Source of the DNA: an uncultured bacterium
GTDB taxonomy: Bacteria > Patescibacteriota > Minisyncoccia > UBA6257 > 2-01-FULL-56-20
Assembly: GCA_963719425.1 (NCBI GenBank)
Contig: OY970382.1
Coordinates: 813,833 to 877,832 of the forward strand
Direction: 5' to 3'
DNA length: 64,000 nucleotides
Numbering within the stretch: the stretch's first letter is position 1; every line of letters begins with the position of its first letter. The notes under the pieces were generated by a model that made no database searches, had not been told where the DNA came from, and saw only the letters and a program-made list of their open reading frames with translations. The translations under genes were made by a program, and so were the position numbers. Positions 1-9,141 of this stretch are shown here, in pieces.

Positions 1-422
1 GCGACTTCCTTCTGGAGCATAAAGATGCAGCGTACAGGTCTTGTCGCAAGTTCGCTGATGATTCGGAGAAGATGCCCAGTGAGATAGTACGGGATGTTGC
101 CGACAATTTTGTATGGCTTGCCGCGGCGAATTTCGCTTGCGCGCCCTGACGCGAAAGCCGTGAGGGCATCACCCGTAATGATTTCTATTTCTTTCGCCCA
201 AGATTGCGTGCGGAGTTTTAGCGCAAGCTGCCGATCTTTTTCTATAGCAATAAGTGTGCACCCGTGCGCGTGGCAGATCTCCGCGAGAGGTCGCGTAAGT
301 TCCCCGTGCCCCGCGCCGACCTCAAAAATAATTTCACCGCGTTCCGGCTGGATCGCGTCCAGGATCATTTTCACGACCGATTGGTTTTTTAGGAAATGCT
401 GGCCCAGCGATTTTTTTACCAT
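1..422 (-). CDS. rsmA: 16S rRNA adenine dimethyltransferase KsgA/RsmA (3' part runs off the window)
   Basis: Manual translation MVKKSLGQHFLKN...EVGAGHGELT...IAIEKD...GDAL...VGNIPYYLTG...MLQKEVA shows the RsmA signature motifs. Not in the ORF track. Confidence 0.93.
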   Translation of the reverse strand, partial: MVKKSLGQHFLKNQSVVKMILDAIQPERGEIIFEVGAGHGELTRPLAEICHAHGCTLIAIEKDRQLALKLRTQSWAKEIEIITGDALTAFASGRASEIRRGKPYKIVGNIPYYLTGHLLRIISELATRPVRCIFMLQKEV

Positions 423-424
423 CG

Positions 425-2287
425 TCAAATTTCTATTATTTTTTCTTCACGCCCATCTTCACCGTCCGCGGCAATCGCCGCGTCTGTGCTGTCGGTAAGC
501 GCAAGGCAATCTTCTGGAATCTCCGCGAGGAACCGCGACGGCATTCCGTAAAAACTAAGACGCAAGTTTTCTTTTGCGCGTGTCATCGCGACGTACATCA
601 GCCGGCGTTCTTCCTCGAGCGAAAGTTCGCTGTCCATTGACCGGACGTGCGGAAGCAGTCCTTCGGCTATGCCCGCGACGAACACATTTTCAAACTCAAG
701 CCCCTTCGCGAGGTGGATCGTCATCAGATTTATTTTTTCTCTTTTGTTCTCCTTGTTGTCGCCGCGCTTTGCGCGCGCACCGCCGGTTCCGCCATCCGTA
801 CCGACGTCGGTGGCCTGCAAAAGACTTGTTTTTTCAAGGAAATCCGAGAGATTTTCAAATCCTGAGGCAAAGCGCGTAAGCTCTGCGATGTTCTCCTCCC
901 GTTCGTCGGCGTTCATGAAGCTTTCTTCTAAGTAGTCAAAATAGCCGAAGGCTTCAAGGAAAATGTTGATGATGTCCAGGGGCCTAGGATGCTCCCTAGC
1001 CGCAATTTTTTCTTTGAACACGGCAAACTTTTTCTTGGAAAGATTTTTTAGAAGGCGCTCGCGCGCGAGCGAGTCGCGGTCATTCGCGGCTACGCGGAGC
1101 GCGGCGAGCGCGTCCTTCACCTCACGCCGTTCATAGAACTTCAATCCGCCAAAGATTTGATAGGGCATATCGCGACGGATAAGCGCCTGTTCTATTGCGC
1201 GCGACTGCGCGTTCGTCCGGTACAGGATCGCGACTTCTGCCAGCGCGTCGCAACGTTTTATTTTTCGGATCTCTTCTGCGATCCACTCCGCTTCATCGTT
1301 CTCGTCCCATGCCTCAAAAAGCGCAATCCGTTCCCCTTCCGGCTTCCGCGTCCACAATTGTTTTGGCGCACGCCAGCGGTTGTTCTCCGCGACCGCTTGA
1401 GCAGCGCGGATGATATTTCCCGTGGAGCGGTAATTTTCTTCAAGGAAAAATATTTTCGCGGCGGGCCATTCCTTTTCAAAATCAAGAAATGTTGTTATGT
1501 CTGCGTATCGCCAGCTATAGATGGTTTGCTCGTCGTCCCCCACTACGCTCAAATTGTTGTGTCGGCCGACGAGGAGCTTCACAAGTTCGTATTGCTTCGG
1601 ATTGATGTCTTGGTATTCGTCAACGAGAATCGCGTCAAATTTCATTCGGTATATTTCAAGAATTTCAGGCCGTCGCCTAAAAAGCGCAACCGGCTTTTCA
1701 ATGAGGTCATCAAAGTCAAACGCGTTGTTCGCGCGGAGCGCAGCCTCATACCTTTCAAAAACATTTTTGATGAGCTCCCTTCGCTCAGCTGGCTCCCTTA
1801 AGGATCCAAGCGCGCCATCAAGGTTTTTGATCAGGGAGAGCTTCCCCGCGAAGAACGCCGGCGTGTCCCTTTTGCCAGCTTCACCTTTTGGGAGGCCCTT
1901 CACGATCTTTTTTGCAAGGTCAAAAGAATCATGGTCATCAAAGATCGCGAAGTTCGGCGTCCGGCCAAACTCCCGGCATTCCTTTCGTAGTATCCGCGCT
2001 CCGAGCGAGTGGAAAGTGCCAATGAACGGCTCCCTGCGTCCTCTCGCGGAATCCCTTGTCACCCGGTCCCTCATTTCTTGCGCCGCCTTGTTGGTAAAAG
2101 TTATAGCGCATATCCTCTCTGGCGGAATTCCATTCTCCGCGAGATGGACAATGCGGCTTGTTAGGGTTCTGGTTTTTCCGGTTCCCGCTCCCGCCACTAT
2201 CAATAAAGGAGAAACGGGCGCTTCGGCAGCTGCTTTCTGGGCAGGATTTAGAGAGAAAACCTTGTTTAGTTGATTTTGAGGCGGCAT
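425..2287 (-). CDS. pcrA: UvrD/PcrA family SF1 DNA helicase
   Basis: AGAGTGKT, ITFTNKAA, VDEYQD, VGDDEQTIY, LEENYRS, MTIHLAKGLEF, EEERRLMYVAMTRA. Start trimmed to ATG 2287 (MPPQNQ). Confidence 0.93.
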   Translation of the reverse strand: MPPQNQLNKVFSLNPAQKAAAEAPVSPLLIVAGAGTGKTRTLTSRIVHLAENGIPPERICAITFTNKAAQEMRDRVTRDSARGRREPFIGTFHSLGARILRKECREFGRTPNFAIFDDHDSFDLAKKIVKGLPKGEAGKRDTPAFFAGKLSLIKNLDGALGSLREPAERRELIKNVFERYEAALRANNAFDFDDLIEKPVALFRRRPEILEIYRMKFDAILVDEYQDINPKQYELVKLLVGRHNNLSVVGDDEQTIYSWRYADITTFLDFEKEWPAAKIFFLEENYRSTGNIIRAAQAVAENNRWRAPKQLWTRKPEGERIALFEAWDENDEAEWIAEEIRKIKRCDALAEVAILYRTNAQSRAIEQALIRRDMPYQIFGGLKFYERREVKDALAALRVAANDRDSLARERLLKNLSKKKFAVFKEKIAAREHPRPLDIINIFLEAFGYFDYLEESFMNADEREENIAELTRFASGFENLSDFLEKTSLLQATDVGTDGGTGGARAKRGDNKENKREKINLMTIHLAKGLEFENVFVAGIAEGLLPHVRSMDSELSLEEERRLMYVAMTRAKENLRLSFYGMPSRFLAEIPEDCLALTDSTDAAIAADGEDGREEKIIEI

Positions 2288-3395
2288 GTGTGCTATGCTT
2301 ATCTCTATTAGTACGATAGTAAAACAATTGTACAGGAAAGATAAGCCATTAACAGTGGCTGTTTTTTTGGTTGTGGGGTGTCTTCTCGCAAGCGCTTGGT
2401 TTTCGGGGAAGGCCGGGCCAGTGGAGGAACGGGGGGTTCTCGGAGGCCCTGCCCTTTCTCCGTCTCTCGTCGCAAATGCCGAGGGTGCGGGGTTCGGGAG
2501 GACGGCTGCGGCGTTTCTCGCGAATGACGGGGCAGCTCTTGCAGATTTAGGCAGCGCTACTTTTCCCGAGGATTCCGGCTCTGTCTCCGCATCCGCAGAA
2601 ACCGCCCCCTCCGAAAACTCTGAGAACGCCGCAATAAAAGATGCAGGAACACCGATCGGCCCCGCGTTTGACCGGTCGGGCATGATCTCGTATGTGGTTC
2701 AAAAAGGGGACACTCTTTCCCAGATTGCCTCCAATTTCGGTATCTCGGTTGACACCGTCGTGAATGCGAACCCCGACGTGAGGGTCGCCGCGCTTGCGGT
2801 CGGCACGAACTTGAAGATATTGCCGACCTCCGGCGTGGTGTATCAAACAAAGAGTGGAGATACGCTTGAGTCAATTTCCGATTCGTTTGGAATCCCTCAA
2901 AATAAGATAGCGCAGTTTAATCAGGGCGTGAATTTCGGTTCGCTTGATGCGGGAACGCCGGTCATCATACCCGGTGGCAAGAATGTTGCCCTTCTCGCGA
3001 GCGCTTCTACGTCGCCGGATTTCAATGAGGAGTTCATCATGCCCACCAACGGCTACAACTGGGGGATACTTCATCACTACAATGCGGTTGACATTGCGAA
3101 TTCGTGCGGAACTCCGGTTGTTGCTGCGGCAGAGGGGCTCGTCATTCCCGACGACACTATCCCGGACGCTTTTGGTGGCTGGAACGAGGGCTACGGCAAT
3201 TTTGTTTTAATAGAGCACCCCTTCGGCGACGGCGTGCGCACGCGCTATGCTCATTTGGAGAAAATATTGGTGCAGATCGGAGATTATGTGGGACAAGGAC
3301 AGGTCATTGGGCTTATGGGTGAGACTGGCGATGCAACCGGCTGTCACGTGCACTTTGAGGTGTACGGAGCACAGAACCCGTTCGCGAAGGCGTAA
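2286..3395 (+). CDS. LysM-repeat / M23 family peptidoglycan endopeptidase with N-terminal membrane anchor
   Basis: Two LysM motifs (YVVQKGDTLSQIA, YQTKSGDTLESIS) and M23 motifs HxxxD (HYNAVD), YAHL, HVHFEV. The true start is probably a little downstream (~2328). Confidence 0.9.
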   Translation: MCAMLISISTIVKQLYRKDKPLTVAVFLVVGCLLASAWFSGKAGPVEERGVLGGPALSPSLVANAEGAGFGRTAAAFLANDGAALADLGSATFPEDSGSVSASAETAPSENSENAAIKDAGTPIGPAFDRSGMISYVVQKGDTLSQIASNFGISVDTVVNANPDVRVAALAVGTNLKILPTSGVVYQTKSGDTLESISDSFGIPQNKIAQFNQGVNFGSLDAGTPVIIPGGKNVALLASASTSPDFNEEFIMPTNGYNWGILHHYNAVDIANSCGTPVVAAAEGLVIPDDTIPDAFGGWNEGYGNFVLIEHPFGDGVRTRYAHLEKILVQIGDYVGQGQVIGLMGETGDATGCHVHFEVYGAQNPFAKA

Positions 3396-3415
3396 CGTAG
3401 TGGGGGCCCACGCGG

Positions 3416-5038
3416 TTAAAAAAGAATCGCGCCAATAACTGCGAGATATAAGAAATAGAGCACGAAAATTTTCCACTCGCGATAGTTTTTCGCGACGGCG
3501 AATACGTAGCCGAGGATTGCGGCCGCAAGCGATGGGAGAAAGAGAAGCCAATTCGCGAGGATCACGGGAATGGCGAGGAACGCCGCCGCGAGGAGAATGC
3601 CCGCAATTTGTTTCCCACGCTCCTCGCCAAAGATAACGGGAATCGTCCAAATGTTGTCCGCACGATCCCCTGCGACGTCCTTGATGTCTTTGAAATTCAC
3701 GGCGAGCGTAATGCAAATGAGAATGAGCGCGACAAGCCGGATCGGAAAATCAGACACCAGTTTGTTTGTGTCGGCAAAATAAAAACCCGCCATGAGCGTT
3801 CCGAGCGTTGCGATTGCGATGAGGAAAGAGGATATAAGAGGAATACGCTTCAGGCGCAGCGGGGGGGCCGAGTAAATGTAATACGCCGCAGTGAAAACCG
3901 CGACGGTGAAGAGCGTCCAGTAGCCCGAGATAAACCCGCCGATGAGCGAAGCGGTAAGAAAGAAGACGTTGCTGTCCGCAATGTCTGCTTCTCTCAGTAT
4001 GCCGGGCGGAAGTGGCCGACGACCGTTGTTTATCCGATCAATGTTCACGTCGGCGAGGTCGTTTACGCCAACAGCAAAGAGGAACGCGGAGAAATACACG
4101 AGAAGGAGAACGAGGAAAAGTATGAAGTCAACCCAACCCATGAAGGCCGGGGCGGGTCCCAGTTTCTCCGCTATGATTACGCCAAGCACGATCATGCCGA
4201 GGTAGTACGCGGTTCTTCCGGGGCGCAGGTTGCGAATGAGCGCCGCGACCATCTTGGGGTTACACAGGAATGCCCAGCATGCGATAAGAATGAAATCAAA
4301 AATATAAAAGACGGCGGCTATTCCAATGTTAAACCCGATTTCCATTGCGTGCGCATAGGAAGGGAGAAGATTTGGCTTGATGAAATTCGGGAGAAGATGC
4401 GAAGACAGGAATCCCGACGTGAGAGAAGAGAGCAATGGTGCCGCGGGCGATCCTCCGGTCCAAAAGCGGGCTGCCGTGGCGATGAGGGCGGGAAACATAA
4501 ATAGGAAAAGCCACACAAGATACATGGAGAAAGCAGCGCCAATTGATTTGACCACACTTTTCGTTTTCGCGAACGCGTACACCAAGGAGCCGACAAGAAT
4601 CGCAATGAGTTCCGCGTGGAGTCCCGGGGTTACCCCTCCAAGCGGTGAGGAGCCGCCCATTCGCAGAAAGTCATTCCAAATCGCCCCCGCATTCTCCGGG
4701 AATATGTAGGCTATGTGGTATCCCCCGCCGTGCGAAACGATGAGGTCAATGATGGGAGGAAGCCAGATAATCGGCAAACCAAAGAGTAAGAATTTTGTGA
4801 TTTTTGTGAGGTCTGGAATGAATAGGTAAAGAATAAGCGAGAAGGAGATGAAAATCGCCACATAGAAGAGGAAATAATTGATGAGCGTTGCAGCATCGGG
4901 TGTTCCCGGGAAACTGGGCGTGGGGCTTGAAAGGTTTTCGAGGAAAAACCTGACGAAAAGAATGCCGAGGAAGCCAACACACCATTGCCAAAACGGTGCA
5001 GTGATGTCTTCAATCCACCGGAGAGCTTTTGCAATCAT
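3416..5038 (-). CDS. UbiA-family prenyltransferase with extra N-terminal multi-TM region
   Basis: NDLADVNIDRINNGRRPLPPG, YSAPPLRLKR and KDIKDVAGD aspartate-rich motifs; many TM segments. Confidence 0.85.
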   Translation of the reverse strand: MIAKALRWIEDITAPFWQWCVGFLGILFVRFFLENLSSPTPSFPGTPDAATLINYFLFYVAIFISFSLILYLFIPDLTKITKFLLFGLPIIWLPPIIDLIVSHGGGYHIAYIFPENAGAIWNDFLRMGGSSPLGGVTPGLHAELIAILVGSLVYAFAKTKSVVKSIGAAFSMYLVWLFLFMFPALIATAARFWTGGSPAAPLLSSLTSGFLSSHLLPNFIKPNLLPSYAHAMEIGFNIGIAAVFYIFDFILIACWAFLCNPKMVAALIRNLRPGRTAYYLGMIVLGVIIAEKLGPAPAFMGWVDFILFLVLLLVYFSAFLFAVGVNDLADVNIDRINNGRRPLPPGILREADIADSNVFFLTASLIGGFISGYWTLFTVAVFTAAYYIYSAPPLRLKRIPLISSFLIAIATLGTLMAGFYFADTNKLVSDFPIRLVALILICITLAVNFKDIKDVAGDRADNIWTIPVIFGEERGKQIAGILLAAAFLAIPVILANWLLFLPSLAAAILGYVFAVAKNYREWKIFVLYFLYLAVIGAILF

Positions 5039-5073
5039 TGTCTTTTATTATACCAATGCGCGGGAGCAGAGTT

Positions 5074-6612
5074 TTAAATATCCTCCCGCAGGCGGTAGCT
5101 GAACGCTTCGGCAACGTGCTCTGCGGAGACGCAACCGCTTCCTTCAAGATCGGCAATTGTTCGTGCGACCTTGAGGATGCGGTAATAGCCGCGCGGGGAA
5201 ATGCGGCTTCTCTCAAGCGTTTCCAAAAATTTTTCCGCCTGCGGCTCAAGGCGGATGAGCAACCGTGTTTCCCGCGAGCTCATCTCGGCGTTCGTCGCGA
5301 CATTGAGCCGCCTGAACCGTTCTCGCTGCACGTTCCGCGCCGCTTCAATGCGCTCTCGGATCGCGGGGCTTGCGGGTTCCTGCCGGCCCCCTTTCCGCAA
5401 TTCCTCTATTTTTATCCGCCCAACTTTGATTTGCAGATCAATGCGATCCAAGAGAGGGCCTGAAATTTTTTTCTGATACCTAATCACCTCGTATGCGGCG
5501 CACTTACATTCTTTTTCCGCATCGCCGTAATAGCCGCAGGGACATGGATTCATCGCGGCCACGAGCGCGAACCGCGCCGGGAAAAGGAGACTTTGCTTTG
5601 CGCGCATGACACAGATTGATCCCGATTCCATTGGCTCGCGCAACGCTTCAAGAAGATTTTTCTGAAACTCCGGAAGCTCGTCTAAGAAGAGCACCCCGCG
5701 GTGCGCGAGGCTTATCTCGCCCGGTTTTGGATCCTGGCCGCCGCCGACGAGTGCGGCGATTGATGCGGTTTTATGCGGCGCGCGGAATGGTCGGTGGCGG
5801 ATAAGCTGACCGCGGCTCAGCCCCGCCGCGCTCCAGATTTTCGTGATCTCTATTGCTTCCGGGACCGTGAGTTTTGGCAAGATGCCGGCGAGCGCTTGTG
5901 CGAGCATGCTCTTTCCTACTCCGGGCGGTCCGACCATGAGGAGGTTGTGATTGCCTGCCGCGGCGACCGCGAGCGCGCGCTTCGCGTTTTCTTGTCCGAT
6001 GATTTCCGAAAAATCAGGGAATGTCTTGGTCCCTTCTTTGTGTGGGCTAAGCGGAGCGAGACTTCGCGCATCACACATTTGCCGGCCTTCAAGGATTGCA
6101 ATCGCCTCACTTAGATTTTCCAGCGGAACTATTTTTATCCCGCATATTGCCGCCGCCTCATTCGTGTTTTGTTTCGGGAGAAAAAGATATTTGAAACCCG
6201 CAGCGCGCGCCATTTGCGCAATGTTGAGCGCGCCATTCACGGAGCGCAATCTGCCGTCAAGCGCGAGCTCGCCGACGAAAACTTTATCGCCTATTTCGGT
6301 TCTTTGTATCTGCTTTGTCGCAAACAAATAACCGATGGCGATCGCAAGATCGTAGTGTGATCCCGTTTTCTGTATATCGGCAGGGGCGAGATTGATGGTG
6401 ATTCTTCTATTCTCTCGGTTCGGCGGTTTTGCGCCGCAGTTCTTGATCGCCGAATTAACCCTTTCCTTCGCCTCATTGAGTGCTTTGTCGGCAAGGCCAA
6501 CGATATTGAAAGAATGGAGGCCGACATTAAGGTCAGTCTCCACCTCTATAAGTTTTGCGTTAACGCCTTCAAGTTCAGCGGAGTAAACCTTCGCAAGATT
6601 TTTGGTGGTCAC
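5074..6612 (-). CDS. comM: YifB/ComM Mg-chelatase-like AAA+ ATPase
   Basis: ITINLAPADIQKTGSHYDLAIA, GELALDG, GPPGVGKS, PGEISLAHRGVLFLDELPEF, AAMNPCPCG. Confidence 0.93.
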   Translation of the reverse strand: MTTKNLAKVYSAELEGVNAKLIEVETDLNVGLHSFNIVGLADKALNEAKERVNSAIKNCGAKPPNRENRRITINLAPADIQKTGSHYDLAIAIGYLFATKQIQRTEIGDKVFVGELALDGRLRSVNGALNIAQMARAAGFKYLFLPKQNTNEAAAICGIKIVPLENLSEAIAILEGRQMCDARSLAPLSPHKEGTKTFPDFSEIIGQENAKRALAVAAAGNHNLLMVGPPGVGKSMLAQALAGILPKLTVPEAIEITKIWSAAGLSRGQLIRHRPFRAPHKTASIAALVGGGQDPKPGEISLAHRGVLFLDELPEFQKNLLEALREPMESGSICVMRAKQSLLFPARFALVAAMNPCPCGYYGDAEKECKCAAYEVIRYQKKISGPLLDRIDLQIKVGRIKIEELRKGGRQEPASPAIRERIEAARNVQRERFRRLNVATNAEMSSRETRLLIRLEPQAEKFLETLERSRISPRGYYRILKVARTIADLEGSGCVSAEHVAEAFSYRLREDI

Positions 6613-6664
6613 CCTTCACCAATACCACTTTGCCGATTAAAAACTTATAAAAGGTTTCTTGCGA

Positions 6665-7003
6665 TTATTTCCCGGCTTTGCAATGCTTGCAGAAGCGGGA
6701 TTCCGGGTCCACGTCAAGCACGGCGGTTTCAATCACCCTGCCGCACTGCTCGCAGGCACCATATTTCCCGTTGTAGATTTTCGCAAGTGCGGCATCAATC
6801 TCCGCCAGACGACCCTTCAAGTCCTGGACAACCGCAAGTTGATTGCCGACCTCCTCCACTTCATCCGTTTCTTCTTCAAAATGAGCCGCGTCGCTGCCAA
6901 GGTCAACCGGTTTCTCATTCTGCTTGACTTCGGCGAGGAGAAGTAAGCGTTCTTTTTCAAGCTCTCTTTTGTACTTTTCAAGTTGGTCGGCTTCCATGGT
7001 CAT
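6665..7003 (-). CDS. TraR/DksA family C4 zinc-finger protein
   Basis: Coiled coil followed by IDAALAKI..GKYGACEQC...RFCKHC. Confidence 0.85.
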   Translation of the reverse strand: MTMEADQLEKYKRELEKERLLLLAEVKQNEKPVDLGSDAAHFEEETDEVEEVGNQLAVVQDLKGRLAEIDAALAKIYNGKYGACEQCGRVIETAVLDVDPESRFCKHCKAGK

Positions 7004-7025
7004 AACATTCTAGCAGGTCTTCAAT

Positions 7026-7153
7026 CCGGCAATTCAATAATGTTACTATACTGTGCAAATCTTGTTACCGGCAATATTAAAAATTTAATCTTCGTTTGCC
7101 GGACTTTTTGCCGGTTTTGTTGCCGGATTACTTGCCGGTTTACATTTTGCCGG
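7026..7153. repeat. Cluster of TTGCCGG heptamers (5 direct, 2 inverted) in an AT-rich intergenic region
   Basis: TTGCCGG at 7096, 7108, 7120, 7132 and 7147; CCGGCAA at 7026 and 7068. Confidence 0.85.
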
Positions 7154-7386
7154 ATTGCCTGATTAATTATTATTTAATGGAATAACCCGATAAGCTTGAT
7201 TTTACTATCGATAAACAAAATTGTTTTGCAGAATGTTATACGACAAACACATTAAAAATCATATTTATGGCCTTTTTACTTACGCTTATACTCATATGAA
7301 ATTCCTTTTCCCAGCACATTATATTTTTTATAGTGTTTAGCGAATAACAAGTTTAATTATTTGTCCGTAAAAATTTTAGCACAAAA

Positions 7387-7782
7387 GTGTTAAAAAATTA
7401 TAGAAAAGCTAAGATTGGTAAACTGGGCGAAGGTATAGCTTGCGAACATCTTCTTGATAAGGGTTGGAAGGTGTTGGAAAGGAATTACCGAAGGAAATCA
7501 GACGAAATTGACATTATCGCCAAGTCGCCAGATGGGATGCTGATATTTTGCGAGGTAAAATCTTTTGCGACAGGAGAAGATTGGGATGGGGCTAAAGGGC
7601 TTTTACCAGAAGATAATTTGACGGCGGCAAAATTCAGAAGAATAAGTAGGACCTGTGGATTCTTTGCGAGACAACACCCTGAACTTATTGACGAAGACAA
7701 AGGATGGAGGATTGATCTGATCGCCATTGACATAGCAATTGACGGGAAGGCAAGCGATATCCGGCATTACGAGAATATCTAG
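7387..7782 (+). CDS. yraN: YraN (UPF0102) family PD-(D/E)XK endonuclease
   Basis: GKLGEGIA...LERNYR..DEIDIIA...FCEVKS...RIDLIAI. Confidence 0.88.
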   Translation: MLKNYRKAKIGKLGEGIACEHLLDKGWKVLERNYRRKSDEIDIIAKSPDGMLIFCEVKSFATGEDWDGAKGLLPEDNLTAAKFRRISRTCGFFARQHPELIDEDKGWRIDLIAIDIAIDGKASDIRHYENI

Positions 7783-7808
7783 ACCTGTGGGGGGATTCCT
7801 ACGTGGCC

Positions 7809-7837
7809 TTGACGGGGGATCAAAGTTGGAATACAAT
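7809..7837 (+). promoter_or_regulatory. Sigma70-type promoter upstream of nusA
   Basis: TTGACG-17 bp-TACAAT. Confidence 0.65.
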
Positions 7838-7880
7838 AGAGGCATTCGTGGTCCGCTCGTGAGCGGGCCTTTTTAAAGAA

Positions 7881-9137
7881 ATGCTTAACATAAAAGAATT
7901 GTCAAAGGCGTTGAAGCAGGTCGCGGAAGAAAAAGGGCTAAAGCCGGAGGGCGTTCTTGAGGTTATTGAGGCATCCATTGCGGCAGCGTACAAAAGGGAA
8001 TACGGTCAGCGTGGTGAGGTCGTAAAGTGCAAGCTGGACCAAACGACCGGCGAACTGAAATTCTGGCAGATGAAAACGGTGGTTGACGAAAATACTGCGC
8101 GTTTTGTGTCTGATGCAGAAGAAGCAGAGGGTGGAGAAAAAGTAGAGGAGAAGAAAGAGGAGAAGAAGGGACGAGCGGGCCAGGAAGCAGCGGCCGAAGA
8201 AGAGAAGCTACCGCGGTTCAATCCGGAGCGGCACATCACATTGGAAGAGGCGCGGAAGATAGAGAAAGGGGCGCAGGTCGGAGACGAAATCACATTTGAA
8301 CTTGAAACGCACGATGATTTTGGAAGGATCGCAGCCCAGACGGCGAAGCAGGTAATCTTGCAAAAGCTGCGCGAGTCGGAACGCGATTCAATCTTGAACG
8401 AGTGGCGCGGCAAGGAGGGTCAGATCGTAAGCGGCGTCGTGCAGCGGTTTGAACGGGGGAACGTGTTCATTGATCTTGGGCGGACGGTCGGCGTGATGTT
8501 CGCAAACGAATCAATTCCTACGGAGCATTACCGCTCCGGGGAGCGCTTGCGTTTCCTTGTGCTTGCGGTGCAGGAAGACGCTCGGCTTCCGGGGATCATT
8601 CTTTCGCGTTCGCATCCAAGATTTGTGACGGAGCTTTTCCGCATGGAGGTGCCGGAACTCGCAGAGGGCGCGATCGAGATCAAAGCGATTGCGCGCGAGC
8701 CGGGGAATCGCACAAAAGTGGCGGTGTTTTCCAGTACTGAAGGGATTGATCCAGTTGGTGCGCTGGTTGGCCAGCGGGGGACGCGCGTGACGGCAGTGAA
8801 CAATGAGCTGGGCAACGAAAAAATTGACATTGCGGAATGGTCGGAAGATCCGGAGAGGTTTATTGCAAACGCCCTCTCGCCGGCAAAGGTGGAAAGCGTG
8901 GAAATCCTTCCGCGGCGGGAGGCACGCGCATTTGTGCCGGAAAATCAGTTGAGCTTAGCGATTGGCAAAGGCGGACAAAACGTGCGGCTTGCAGCGAAGC
9001 TCACTGGCTGGAAGATTGATGTACGCTCGCAGACGCGGCCGGAGGAAATGCAGGAAGGCGGCGTGGCGGGGACAACGGAAACGGACCAGATTGCGGTTCC
9101 CGAAGAGGACGACGACGAAAAGGACGCTATAATATAA
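7881..9137 (+). CDS. nusA: Transcription termination/antitermination factor NusA
   Basis: [49 protein letters not shown]. Confidence 0.97.
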   Translation: MLNIKELSKALKQVAEEKGLKPEGVLEVIEASIAAAYKREYGQRGEVVKCKLDQTTGELKFWQMKTVVDENTARFVSDAEEAEGGEKVEEKKEEKKGRAGQEAAAEEEKLPRFNPERHITLEEARKIEKGAQVGDEITFELETHDDFGRIAAQTAKQVILQKLRESERDSILNEWRGKEGQIVSGVVQRFERGNVFIDLGRTVGVMFANESIPTEHYRSGERLRFLVLAVQEDARLPGIILSRSHPRFVTELFRMEVPELAEGAIEIKAIAREPGNRTKVAVFSSTEGIDPVGALVGQRGTRVTAVNNELGNEKIDIAEWSEDPERFIANALSPAKVESVEILPRREARAFVPENQLSLAIGKGGQNVRLAAKLTGWKIDVRSQTRPEEMQEGGVAGTTETDQIAVPEEDDDEKDAII

Positions 9138-9141
9138 AAAT

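Noticed and set aside
2288-2683. 131-aa N-terminal extension of the 752-aa PcrA ORF
   Set aside because: It is the antisense of the LysM/M23 gene; helicase-like sequence starts after ATG 2287.
7090-7160. CRISPR array or coding repeat
   Set aside because: Units are 7 bp with 5-8 bp spacers, there are no cas genes, and both candidate minus-strand frames lack a convincing start.
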